The notes: generated by a model not told the origin, from the letters alone. A DNA stretch of 64,000 nucleotides from Squalus acanthias (GCA_030390025.1 CM059425.1:177384001-177448000), one strand, 5' to 3'. Positions 23,346 through 35,450 are shown, counted from the first letter of the stretch. Numbers and translations: made by a program.

Positions 23346-24043
23346 CAACAACAACACAGCAACAACAACTTGTATTTATATAGCGCCTTTAACGTAGTAA
23401 AACATCCCAAGGCGCTGCACAGGAGTATTTTAAGACAAAAAGTTTGACACCGATCCACATAAGCATAAATTAGGGCAGGTAACCAAAAGCTTGGTCAAAG
23501 AGGTAGGTTTTAAGGATCGTCTTAAAGAGGAAAGAGAGGTAGAGAGGCGGAGCGGTTTAGGCAGGGAATTCCAGAGCTTAGGGCCTAGGCAACAGAAGGC
23601 ACGGCCACCAAAGGTTGAGCGATTATAATCAGGGATGCTCAAGAGGGCAGAATTAGAGGAGCGCAGATATCTCGGGGGGTTGTGGGGCTGAAGGAGATTA
23701 CAGAGATAGGAAGGGGGCGAGGCCATGGAGGGATTTGAAAACAAGGAGGAGAACTTTGAAATCGAGGCGCTGCTTAACCGGGAGCCAATGTAGGTCAACG
23801 AGCACAGGGGTGATGGACGAACGGGACTTGGTGCGAGTTAGAACATGGGCAGCCGAGTTTTGGATGACCTCAAGTTTACGTAGGGTGGAATGTGGGAGGC
23901 AAGCCAGGAGTACGTTTAGAATAGTCAAGTCTAAAGGTAACAAAGGCATGGATGAGGGTTTCAGCTGTGGATGAGCTAAGGCAAGGGCGGAAACAGGTGA
24001 TGTTACGGAGGTGGAAGTAGGCGGTCTTTGTTATGCTGCGGAT
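23346..24043 (-). mobile_element. L2 LINE 3' fragment
   Basis: IQNSAAHVLTRTK..ITPVLVDLHWLPVKQRLDFK, GPKLWNSLP; tail AAGGCGCTATATAAATACAAG(TTG)n. Confidence 0.92.
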
Positions 24044-24347
24044 ATCTCCTCTCAATCTTCTCTACTCCAAGGAGAACAACCCCAGCTTCTCCAGTCTATT
24101 AACGTAACTGAAGTCCCTCATTCCTGGAACCATTCTCGTAAATCTTTTTTGCACCTTCTCTAAGGCCTTCACATCCTTCCTAAAGTGTGGTGCCTAGAAT
24201 TGGACACAGTACTCCAGTTGGGGCCGAACCAGAGTTTTATACAGGTTCATCATAATTTCCACACTTTTGTACTCCATACCTCTATTTATGAAGCCCAGGA
24301 TCCCATAAGCCTTTTTAACTGCTTTTTCAACCTGCCCTGCCACCTTC

Positions 24348-25400
24348 ATTTTCGGGTTGGCAGGCTGTAACTAGTGGGGTACCGCAAGGATCAGTGCTTG
24401 GGCCTCAGCAATTCACAATCTACATTAATGATTTGGATGAGGGGACCAAATGTAATATATCCAAGTTTGCTGATGATGCAAAGCTGGGTGGGAATGTAAG
24501 TTGTGAGGAGGATGTAAGGAGGCTTCAAGGGGATATAGACAGGCTAAGTGAGTGGACAAGAACATGGCAAATGGAATATAATGTGGAGAAATGTGAAGTT
24601 ATCCACTTTGGTAGGAAAAACAGAAAAGCAGAGTATTTTTTAAATGGTGAGAGATTGGGAAATGTTGGTGTTCAGAGGGACCTGGGTGTCCTTGTACATG
24701 AATCACTGAAAGTTAACATACAGGTACAGCAAGCAATTAGGAAAGCAAATGGTATGTTGGCCTTTATTACAAGAGGATTTGAGTATAAGAGTAAAGACGT
24801 CTTACTGCAATTATATAGGGCCCTGGTGAGACCACACCTGGAGTATTGTGTACAGTTTTGGTCTCCTTACCTAAGGAAGGATATACTTGCCAAAGAGGGA
24901 GTGCAACAAAGGTTCACCAGACTGGTTCCTGGGATGAGGGGATTGTCCTATGAAAACAGATTGAGTAGACTAGGCCTATATTCTCTAGATTTTAGAAGAA
25001 TGAGAGGTGATCTCATTGAAACATACAAAATTCTTATAGGGCTTTACAGGGTAGATGCAGGGAGGATGTTTCCCCTGGCTGGGGAGTCTAGAACCAGGGG
25101 TCACAGTCTCAGAATAAGGGGGGCCATTTAGGACTGAGTTGAGGAGACATTTCTTCACTCAGAGGGTGGTGAATCTTTGGAATTCTCTACCCCAGAGGGC
25201 TGTGGTGGCTCAGTCGTTGAGTATATTCAAGACAGAGATCGATAGATTTTTGAATATTAAGGGAATCAAGGGCTATGGGGATAGTGTAAAGTGGAGATGA
25301 GGTAGAAGATCAACCATGATCTTATTGAATGGCGGAGCAGGCTCGAAGGGCCAAATGGCCTGCTCGTGCTCCTATTTCTTATGTTTTTATGTTCTTATGT
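24348..25400 (+). mobile_element. CR1 LINE 3' 1 kb
   Basis: ORF 24394-25131 is the RT C-half; 3' tail repeats. Same subfamily as 15226-18080. Confidence 0.95.
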
Positions 25401-25984
25401 CTTCCTGAAGTCTATCACTCTCCTCCTCACTGTTCACTATACTTCCAAGTTTTGTGTCATCTGCAAATTTTGAAATTGTGCCCTGTACACCCACGTCCAA
25501 GTCATTAATATATATCAAGAAATGCAGTGGTCCTAGTACCGACCCCTGGGGAACACCACTGGATACCTTCCTCCAGTCTGAAAAACAGCCATTCACCACT
25601 ACTCTCTGTTTCTTATCACTTAGCCAATTCTGTATCCATGCTGCTACTGTCCTTTTTATTCCATGGCTTCAACTTTGCTGGCAAGCCTATTATGTGGCAC
25701 TTTGTCGAATGCCTTTTGGAAATCCATGTACACCACGTCAACCGCATTACCCTCATCAACCTTCTCTGTTACCTCATCAAAGAACTCAATCAAGTTAGTT
25801 AAACATGATTTGCCTTTAACAAATCCGTGCTGGGTTTCCTTAATTAATTCACACCTATCCAAGTGACTGTTAATTTTGTCTCTGATTATTGTTTCTAAAA
25901 GCTGATATCTTCCTTTTTTATTAATAAAGGTTACATTTAGTTTTTGACAGTACACCAAGATGTTTAAAGGTACACACAGCTACC

Positions 25985-26350
25985 TCAGTGGCTCAGGTGG
26001 TAAGTGCATTGTCCAGTATTAGAACTTGAGCCATACAGATTAGGAAAGTCCCCTGGTTCAATTCCTGGTCTCTACTGAGGTAGCTGATCTCTCTGAAATT
26101 GGCCTCAATGCTAAAGTGAAAAAAATAGCTAGGATTCCTCTTCCTAATTATCAATAATGCCTGCTGTAAAGTGGGCCCAGAGGGTGGATAGGATTGGGCT
26201 CAGCTGTGAAGCCCCACTGGTAGAATAGCCTGTTGATACTCACTGTCCAGGTTCAAAATGAAGAACAGCCATTTAGATGAAGTACACTTGTTTCTCTGGA
26301 ACAGTATCCCAGCAAGAGTTAATGCCTTCAGAAAAGAAAGGGAGAAAACT
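25985..26350 (+). mobile_element. tRNA-derived SINE (family B), near full length
   Basis: TGGCTCAGGTGG box A, GGTTCAATTCC box B; body shared with 7110-7445 and 50920-51190. Confidence 0.65.
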
Positions 26351-27288
26351 GGAGAGGGAATGGGAACTGACAATGATACATTTTGGTAAAAGATTTATCA
26401 GGAGCTGGGAGCCTGGACAAATGATGAGGAAACCATCATATCCTATTCCCATCTGTCCTGACAAATGTTTAAACTTCAGTAGAACTCTAACAAACAGCAT
26501 TGTAAAAGTACTGCCTCACAAGCTCCCCGAGGGCAATACTTTCAGCAGTATTTTCATAGGAGGCATTTCCTGGTTATTCCAGGAACTCCTCCTCCCTGAA
26601 AAACTTGCCTTTAGATCTTAAAATGAGTCATTTTCTCTGTTTATGAAAACAGAGGCCAGCCTATGACAGACACAAACAGATTAGCCTCACCCCCACAGCT
26701 TTCTGATGTTCTCATCGGTCAAAGTTCAAAGTGACTTTAACTATATAAATCCTTCCCTGAACATGGTGGGTGTAGTTATTCAACCAACACACTAGCACCC
26801 TTTACACATTTCACCAAGATTACTCACTAAAATCCTATACTAATACCACCACTTCAGTTAAACATACAGTGAGAGTAGGTTTGTGCATGCAATTTAGCAC
26901 AAGTAAAAATGTGAGTCAATGATTCGTCCAGTATTAACAACAACAACTTACATTTATATAGCGCCTTTAACGTGGTAAAACGTTAAGGATGTAAATATAG
27001 GGAGCCAGTGAACAGGTGTCACTCTTCCGCAGCCCGAACTGTAGAAACTGCAAATGTAAAAGGACCATAAGTATATCCTGCTTCTTGCTTCTCTCTCAGC
27101 AAATGTCCCCCTTTGACTCCATGGGGTCGATTTATCACTGCCTTCGCCTGACGTGAATGGGGTGGTAACGGCCTCAAAATGGGGTTGGTAACCTGTTAAC
27201 ACCGGTAATGCAACCTGCTCCATTTTGAAAGGGGCCTACTGCCTGGTATCCAATTCATCTGCCATTTTTAGGTGATAGGCCCCTTTTA

Positions 27289-27650
27289 CAGGAAACTCTT
27301 TATTAACCGGCACCGACGGGACCGGCGTGGTGCTGGTTAATCAAAAAGTCCGGATAATGGAGAGTTATATCTCCCAATGTACGAGAGCCCCGTACACATT
27401 GACATGCGCCTGCATTCGGAGCTCCGTCTCCCCGGGACCGCCAGCTGACCATCTGTCGTGTCCGCTGCCTACCCGGGCTGCACATTCCCCTCCCAATCTA
27501 CACGCTCCGATACAAGGCAAATGCCTCGGGGTTTTTTTTAAAGTTAATTTTAAACGAGAGATGAAGGAAAACCCGGTTCCCTACTCCAGAATTTTGCCGG
27601 TTAAGAGAGATTTCCGGATATTTGGGTGCCGGTTAATAAAGAGTTTCCTG
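27289..27650. mobile_element. Tigger/pogo-type (Tc1/mariner) MITE, 362 bp
   Basis: Perfect 26-bp TIR CAGGAAACTCTTTATTAACCGGCACC and TA TSD on both sides. Confidence 0.93.
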
Positions 27651-27780
27651 TAATATGGAAATCGGGGTCCTATGACAAAATAGAACCCTAATTGCTATTT
27701 TGTGTCAGAACTGGTTGAAGTCTGCGTCTTGCACACTCTGGCCAGTTCCACAGGAACCAAAGGTAAGTGTTGAATTGTTA

Positions 27781-27872
27781 AATAAAAACAGAAAATGCTG
27801 GAGATACTCAGCAGGTCAGACAGCATCTGTGAAGAGAGAAACAGAGTTAGCGTTTCAGGTCGATGACCTTTC
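27781..27872 (-). mobile_element. Short Penelope-type terminal-repeat insert
   Basis: Reverse complement of the 4869-4952 family; 12-bp TSD GTTGAATTGTTA (27769-27780 and 27873-27884). Confidence 0.78.
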
Positions 27873-28819
27873 GTTGAATTGTTATTGTGGGTCCCGAAGG
27901 AGCAGGAATGCACAGGAGGAATGTTTGATGCCCTGCACCTCGCCTGCCAAATTCAAATGAGGCCAGGACCTCAAAGTTGTGGGGGTGCCTCCATCGCCAG
28001 AAAAAGTGGCCAGCCAGCGCACACCACCGGTCGATTGCCTAAAAGTCAAAATCCACCTCCATCTGTATATAACTGTTAATTTAATTACCTTCATGTGCAT
28101 ATCTCTCTTGCTGTAAAGACATAGGGTTATGCACCTGCCTGAGTGATCCATCACTTACCCCCAGTGTATTTCCCAAGCCTACCATATTAAAACCTTTAGG
28201 GTGTGGATGCAATATTTCCCCTTGCATTTGGGAACTTGCCACTGTGTGCGTCAGTGTGCAAGTTTCAATCTTTAAAAGGCCTAGAAATTCGATTGCACAG
28301 CAGGAGTTTTCCTTCATATACTTATCGAACTCCCTTTTGAAAGCCATGATTAAGTCTGGAAAACACTTTTACAACTCAACAGTCAATCTGTATTTCTGTA
28401 ATAAAACTTTAAACTTGTCACCCTGTCAAAGAAACATTGGCAGTCACTCGATAAAAAAAATATATTAACTGTCAAGAAATGTTACTACATACTGCTGTCT
28501 TAAATGTATGTTCAATATAAAATATCAGTCTATCTAAAAAAAAACTTGGCATTCAGTCTGATTGTAAAGAGGCCCCATCCTTACCTCTGGGGTGGGAGAT
28601 TAGCCAGACAGCTGTCTCCATATTTATCATGGTGACACTGGGGACTAAATTCCTTAACACTCCAAACCGGGCACGACTCCAGCACCACGCAGCAACGGCA
28701 CACTGGAACAGAAGGGCCCAAGGAGCAAAGCATCTCGCCGGTCAGAGCCTTATGAATTTTGGGCCTGCACCAAAACCCAGAGGTAAGTCCAGGAGCGGGG
28801 AGGGGACGAGTGCAGGCTG

Positions 28820-30081
28820 GTAGCGGCCCACAGTTGTTTTGCTCCATTACCTCTGGAGTCCCTTCCTATTTCTCATCTACATGCTCCCCCTCAGTGACAT
28901 CATCTGAAAACACAACATCAGGTTCCACATGTACGCTGATGACACCCAGCTCTACCTCACCACCACCTATCTTGACCCTTCCACTGTCTCTAAGGTGTTA
29001 GACTGCTTGTCCGCATGACCAGAAATTTCCTCCAACTAAATATTGGAAAGGCCAAAGCCATTGTTTTTGGTCCCCACCACAAACTCTGTTCCCTAGCTAC
29101 TGACTCTATCCCTCCCCCTAGCAACTGTCTGAGGCTACCTTGATGTCATATTTGACCCCGAGATGAACTTCCGACCACATATCCGCTCCATCACCAAGAC
29201 TGCCCATTTCCACCTCCATAACATCGCCCAACTCCACCCCTGCCTCAGCTCATCTGCTGCTGAAACCCTTAGCCATGCCTTTGTTACCTCTAGTCTTGAC
29301 CATTCCAACACACTCCTGGTCGGCCTCTCACGTTCTTGAGGTCATCCAAAACTCTGCTGCCCGTGTCCTAACTCGCACCAAGTCCCGTTCACCCATAACC
29401 CCTGACATGAATCTTGTCATTCATGTGGAAATGACTTATGAAATAATACTGGGCGGCCTGCTGGTGGCGCTGTCCAGGGAGAGTATAAATACTCAGGCAT
29501 GGGCCCAGCTTGCTGAGGACATTCTTTAACAGGAACTAGTGAAGGACACAACTAGATCTCCATGTTGAAAAACAGTTGATTAAAGCTTTGTTTAACGCTT
29601 AGACCAAGTGCCTAGTAGTTTTCTTACGTCAACCCCTGTACTCGCTGACTTACATTGGCTCCTGACCCGGCAACACCTCAATTTTAAAATTCTTATCCTT
29701 GTTTTCAAATCCCTCCATGACCTTGCCCCTCCCTACCTCTGTAACCTCCTCCAGCCTTACAACCCTCTGATATCTCTGCGCTCCTCCGATTCTGGCCTCT
29801 TGTGCATCCCCGATTTTAATCGCTCCACCATTGGTGGCCATGCCTTCAACTGCCTAGGCCCTAAACTCTGGAATTCCCTCCCGAAATCTCTCTGCCTCTC
29901 TACCTCTCTACCTCTACCTCTCTCTCCTCCTTTAAGATGCTCCTTAAAACCTACCTCTCACCTGTCCTAATATCTCCTGATGTGGCTCGGTGTCAAATTT
30001 TGTTTGATAACGCTCCTGTGAAGCGCCTTGGGATGTTTTACTACTTTAAAGGCATTATATAAATGCAAGTTGTTGTTGTTG
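28820..30081 (+). mobile_element. L2 LINE 3' part, interrupted by a solo LTR
   Basis: FHMYADDTQLY, VIQNSAARVLTRTK, LADLHWL, GPKLWNSLP; tail TATATAAATGCAAG(TTG)n. Confidence 0.92.
29403..29631 (+). mobile_element. 229-bp solo-LTR-like element, copy 2
   Basis: Highly similar to 21688-21916; TG..CA ends; perfect 5-bp TSD ACCCC; splits the L2 coding sequence. Confidence 0.85.
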
Positions 30082-30523
30082 AGGAGTTAGGAGGAGCACA
30101 CCTGCTAAAACATTTCCAAGTGTTTGAGCCTTACATACAAGGGCAACCGATGGGATGAGGCCAGGGGCGGGGACTCCCTATGCTGGGTGTTCTCACAGGG
30201 TCCCCTGCGTAAATTTGGAGGCTAGTACGCCGAGTGAGAAGAGACATACCAACCACCTGTAGGGTGCAAATGGGGACCACCAAGTGGGACAAGCCAGGGA
30301 AGCAGCCCAGACCCCTGAAGACTTACAGTAAGTTCACTTTTTAAATGTGCTTACTAGGGCTCCATTACAAAGGCTGCCACATGGGGCTGATGTTGATATA
30401 TCCAGAAAGGCCCTGACACCCTGTCCCCCCACCCCAAAATTTGACAGCAGAGGTTAAATTTCAGGCAGCTTGGGGCAGGCAGACACCCAAAATGCACCCC
30501 AGCATAAGTGCTGGGATCATGGC

Positions 30524-30731
30524 TAAGGTTGCCAACTCTCCAGAATTGTCCTGGAGTCTCAGTGAATTAGAGATTTTTAAAAATATGTTTTTTCTTTGAA
30601 CACTTGTTTATTCGTTATAAAAAAGATTGGAGATGGGGGACAAAAGGCTGTTTAACTGGGCGGGGTGGTTGGTGATGGGAGGTCATGTGATAGAACTCCA
30701 GGAATATATCCTTCCAGAGTTGGCGACCCTA
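30524..30731. mobile_element. hAT-type MITE
   Basis: TIR TAAGGTTGCCAACTCT / AGAGTTGGCGACCCTA; 8-bp flanks ATCATGGC and CTCGTGGC match at 6 of 8. Confidence 0.75.
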
Positions 30732-30796
30732 CTCGTGGCTCATGGAGTTTTGGTTTCCTTATTCATAAAAAAAAATCAGTCTCCCTTTTCCTTTAC

Positions 30797-31008
30797 AATA
30801 GCAAAATACTGCTGGAAATCTGAAATAATAACAGAAAATGCTGGAAACACTCAGCGGGTCAGGCAGCATCTGTGAAGAGAGAAACAGAGTAAATGAGTTA
30901 GTGTCGGAACTCTGACGAAGGGTCATCAACCCGAAACATTAACTCTGTTTCTCTCTCTATGATGCTGCTGACCTGCTGAGTGTTTCCAGCATTTTCTGTT
31001 GTTATTCC
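30797..31008. mobile_element. Penelope-type inverted (fold-back) insert with hammerhead-like core in the loop
   Basis: About 70-bp arms (30824-30895 and 30937-31006); CTGACGA-A-GGGT..ACCC-GAAAC at 30912-30937; TTCCTTTAC on both flanks. Confidence 0.8.
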
Positions 31009-31574
31009 TTGTTCCTTTACCTCATCCCTCCCACCGTGAAGTTTCAGTGAAAATATGAACCTGGTCCTTCTTGTTCACCCACTTCCCCCTTGACGGTTTC
31101 CATCTAAGTGCCAAACCTCAATTTTTTTGCCTGTTTGACCTGGGTGACACAGTGGCCTGGAAATTCCTGAAGCAAGATTTTATTTTTTTAAACTCTTCGA
31201 CTCCCACTGGAGCCACTCCAACTAGACAAGGTAACTGATCCCCTCTGGGATTGATTACCTTATCCTGTTAAAGCTGAGGGACCTTTAGAAGGCCTCAAAA
31301 GGATTCACACTAGGCCTCAACTGGGAAGTAATAGAGATCTAAAGTGATATATAAATGCAATTTTTTCTTATTAATAACAATAAGAGTCATTAGTAATAAT
31401 AAATTGTAAGTTTGACTCCTGTACCTACGAATGGTTGAAAGTTTGCTCTCTTTACTGGTTCTAAGGATCACATGTGAAAGTATGTGGGCCATATCTACTC
31501 AAGAAACAGAAAACTTGCCACAATTCAGCACAAGTTGAAAATCTTACTCACAGAATATTACCTTAATTAAAGTG

Positions 31575-31800
31575 CGGGAGTTGAACAAGGGGACACAGGT
31601 TCAAACTTGTTAAAGGTAATTTTAGGACTGATATCAGGAAATTCTTCTTCATGCAGAGAGTGATCAATATGTGGAATAAAATTACAGATAGTGTAGCAGT
31701 GGAAAAAACCCTGGAACCATTTAGGAAATCATTGGATGCTACAATGAGGGGACATTAGGATCTCTCTGGATGGACCGATCAAGATGGGCCGCATGGCAAG
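31575..31800 (+). mobile_element. Old CR1 3' fragment
   Basis: TRGHRFKL..FRTDIRKFFFMQRVINMWNKI, then 3' UTR GATGGGCCG.ATGGC. Confidence 0.75.
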
Positions 31801-33224
31801 ATAATCTATAATTATCTTGTGGGCAGATTTTCCTGTTGCTGTGCCTCCCAGGTATATAAAGGAAAATCAATATGCCCCCGTCAGGGAGCCTTTTTCTCTT
31901 TGTGCTGTGCCCAAGTGATCCAATACACCCAGGGGCATATAATATAATACTAAATCTCAATCAATTTCTCATATGGTACATAAGAGAATCATGATTTATA
32001 TTCGGAATTGCCAATGCACATTCAAACCAAGGAAAAGATATGCCACCATGCTCCCTCCACCTCCTCCTCAACACATGCAGATTCACACTGTGTGTCTCTC
32101 TTCCCCATGGAAAACATTGTGCAAATTTTTACATTTGCATTGAAAAACTCTGTGAACTAATATTGTGGCTTAATTTATAATAGGGATTTTATTGCTGTTG
32201 TTGTTTCTAGTCAGATTGATTTTGCATATTTTATGTAATTGGCATTCTCGAGGTCAAGATTTTCCAGTTTCAGCCAGTCGATCAAGGATTCTGCTTTGTC
32301 AGTATAATTCATTGCTTTCCAATTCAGTTCAAATCTCAGCAGGTTCTAGCAACAAATTGGAAACATGCTGTGGCACTGGCAACAGTTTCATTAGTTTGGG
32401 GCTTGTTTATTTCCACAAGCCTGCCAACAGCCAGTCTTGGACTCTGTCACACATAAGAGTACAAGAGCAAAGAGGTAATGCTAAACTTATACACATCATT
32501 AGACTGCAGTTAGAATATTGGAGCCAATTTTTCTCTATGAGCTCTTGCTGGGTAGTTAACAGGCACCACGTACCTGAGGTGTGCTGCGTCTGCCACACGA
32601 GAGGACCCCCCATTTTCCTGTCCCAGTTTATTTGCATGGCCATGTGCAGGTCTGCCTGCTGGCTGGGCCTCATGTCTGAGAGCAGGGCAGGAGACAGGAG
32701 CACAATTGCAGGCCTGAGAGGTCACTGGCCTTTGGACCTATTGGGTGTTGACCACTAGGTAAGGTTCATCAGCTGTCTACGAAACAGCTGGAGTGTAATG
32801 TTGCAGCAACAGAATGCTAAAAAACTTGGGAGAAGGAAGAACTGTTAAGATTAGTTCTCGCTCATAGAAGCTAAATTCAGCTGATACTGAAGCTGTGCTG
32901 ACACCAGCTGCAGAAAAACCTCGGATCCAAACCATGTTGGGCTCTCAGTTGAAGAAAGAAATGTGACATTTGAAGGTATCAGTAAGAATTTGGAGGGGAA
33001 AACTAGAACTTGCTGTCTACAGAATTAAAATCATAGAGAGTGTTATGAACATTAAGGGTGCATACTGTAAGCATGAATAATGTATGTATACATAACCCTG
33101 CCAGTGCTACACAGGCACGTCAGTAACCTCACTAGACACACCTGTTACAGTTCACTTCCTTGAAACTATTGCTCAATGTGTATGCTCCACATTTAATAGA
33201 AACACAATTTCAAAATTTGCGGGG

Positions 33225-34130
33225 AAGTAAAATTTCAAAATTTGCAGATGACACCAAACTGGGGGGTATAGTTAATACAGAGGAGGACTGCGACAAAATA
33301 CAGGAAGACATTAATAAACTTACAGAATGGGCGTGTAACTGGCAAATGAACGTCAATATAGATAAGTGCGAGGTAAAACATTTTGGTAGGAAGAATAAGG
33401 AGGCCACATATTCTTTGGAAAATAAGTGTCTAAATGGGGTAGAGGAACAGAGGGATCTGGGGCTACAGATACACAGATCTCTAAAAGTAGTGACAAAGAT
33501 TAATAAGGCCATAAAAAAAGCAAACAAAGCACTTACGTTCATTTCTAGAGGGATAGAATTGAAAAGCAGAGAAGTTATGTTAACTTGTATAGAACCTTGG
33601 TTAGACCACACTGGGAGCACAGTGAACAGTTTTGGTCTCCACATTATAAAAAAGATATAGAGGCACTGGAGTAGGTGCAATAAGATTTACTAGAATGATA
33701 CCAGAACTGAAAGGTTATACCTATCAGGAAAGATTGAACAGGCTGGGGCTCTTTTCTCTAAAAAAGAGAAGATTGAGGGGTGACCTGATAGAGATCTTCA
33801 AGATTATGAAAGCATTTGATAGGGTAGACGTAGAGAAGATGTTTCCACTTGCAGGCCATAAATATAAGATAGTCTCTAATAAATCCAATAGGGAATTAAG
33901 GAGAAACTTATTTACCCAGAGAGTGCTTAGAATGTGGAACTCGCTACCACAGGGAGTAGTTGAGGAGAATAGCATAGATGCATTCAAAGGAAAGAAAGAT
34001 AAGCACATAAGGGAGAAAGGAATAGAAGGATATGTTGACGAGGTTAGATGAAGAAGGGTGGGAGGAGGCTCATGCAAGCATAAACACCGGCATGGACCTG
34101 TTGGGCCGAATGGCTTGTTTCTGTGTTGTA
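33225..34130 (+). mobile_element. CR1 LINE 3' fragment
   Basis: ORFs 33160-33660 and 33695-34051: ISKFADDTKLGG, RRLRGDLIE, FTQRVLRMWNSLP. Confidence 0.92.
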
Positions 34131-34557
34131 AATACTTTGAAATACTTTGTCCAGTTGGTTTTAATGTATTTTGTTTTAATACCAAAATCAATTTTAGTTG
34201 ATGAATACATGTTTTTTTCTATAATTTTATGTTCATCAGGGTGAGGGATGTTAGTGTTAAGAAATGCAACACATTCCATTTCAAAAATTCAAGGGTTCAT
34301 TTTCTGACTTTGTACTCCTTCAGGGAGCCTCACCTGCTGGCAGTGCACATGAGAACTTTGGGCTGAAGTTGATTTTCCAACCATTTAAATTAATGATTGG
34401 AAAATTGTGAACCATGCATGCCCAGTTTTCCAATATGTGCTCCTGGCAGGGAAAGCTCCTGGCTAGGAGGGCAAAGTTGTAAAATTACCCATCCAGTGTC
34501 AGCATAGAGCACTCCCAACTTAGGTACCGTATGGTCAGATGCCAAGTAAAATTCTTT

Positions 34558-35450
34558 GGGGGAGAAATTCAGTATCGCCCCATTTGAGGCGCAATTATCG
34601 GCCGGGCGCAAAGATTAGCGCCTGGCGCTAATTATCGCCACCGACTGCAAACTTGACTTTTATCGCCCCTGGAGGTGATTGGAGCGCTAAATCAGGCGCT
34701 TCACACCTGTCTTAAGGCGCAAAGGCCGAGGAGCGAGGCGCTACCTCAGAGTGCTGGCGAAGCTCATGTGATGTCAGTCAGCAATGGAACACAGACACAA
34801 TGGCGCCGGTCAGTTCTTAAAGGGGAGGGTTGATCTTGCTTTCCATCCACATCCTGCTCATTGCAGCTTTGAATCTCGGCCTGGAGAGACCTGCACATCA
34901 AATCTGCTGGAAAGAACAATGGAGAGTACCAGGCAAAGAGCTCAGAGTGCAGCCCCCACAATCTCTTCTAAATCGATACAAGGAATGGCAAATCAAAATG
35001 AACCTGCAAAGTGCTGCTCAGTACCCAAAACTCCTTCACACAACGTTGAATCTCTCCAGAAGTCTCTCTCTCTCTCTCTCAGAATGCATGGTTCAAAAAT
35101 GGCACCAACAATAAAAGGCAGGAAGCGGTCACCTTTAAATAGCTCTCCCCCAGTCCCTTCATGACTGCAAAACGCTCCCCTCAACCTGTCGTTGCTAGCG
35201 TCAGGCGGTAAGGCAGGGGGCGCCACTCAATATCCGCTCCAGGGCGATACTGGGGTGTTGCGCACTCGACTGACGTCACGATCTGCCGGCGCAGGAGATC
35301 GTGGCGGTAGTGTTTAGCGCCGCCGCAAAATGTCTGGTTAATTTCGCGAGCGGCGCAAACATCGCCGCGCCTGGGCGCTAGCTGCTTTGCGCCCCATTAG
35401 CGCCCTCTTAAGGTGCTAACGGGAGGCGCAACCAACTGAATTTTTCCCCC
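34558..35450 (-). mobile_element. Non-autonomous internal-deletion derivative of the H3 Harbinger family (H4, 893 bp)
   Basis: TIRs GGGGGAGAAATTCAGT and ACTGAATTTTTCCCCC; TSD TTT; both halves match the H3 ends in reverse orientation. Confidence 0.95.

Larger units (their letters stand above)
22970..25900 (-). mobile_element. CR1 LINE in three pieces (22970-23345, 24044-24347, 25401-25900)
   Basis: Colinear RT-to-3'-tail sequence on the minus strand (QHGFVKGKSCLTNL, VPQGSVLGP, FADDTKL, RTRGHRFKV), interrupted by an L2 and a CR1. Confidence 0.9.

Noticed and set aside
25985..26350. Naming SINE family B as LF-SINE
   Set aside because: The body does not match the LF-SINE sequence as I recall it, so it is left unnamed.
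28585..28702. Minus-strand exon with strong splice sites
   Set aside because: The donor lies in an inverted repeat (CTTACCTCTGGG at 28580, CCCAGAGGTAAG at 28776), suggesting a MITE; the translation is unrecognisable.
21688..29631. A single LTR retrotransposon bounded by the two 229-bp repeats
   Set aside because: Each repeat has its own TSD, the second splits an L2, and no gag/pol, PBS or PPT lies between them.
32192..32758. 188-aa ORF
   Set aside because: Non-ATG start, no recognisable domain, and it overlaps repeat-like sequence.
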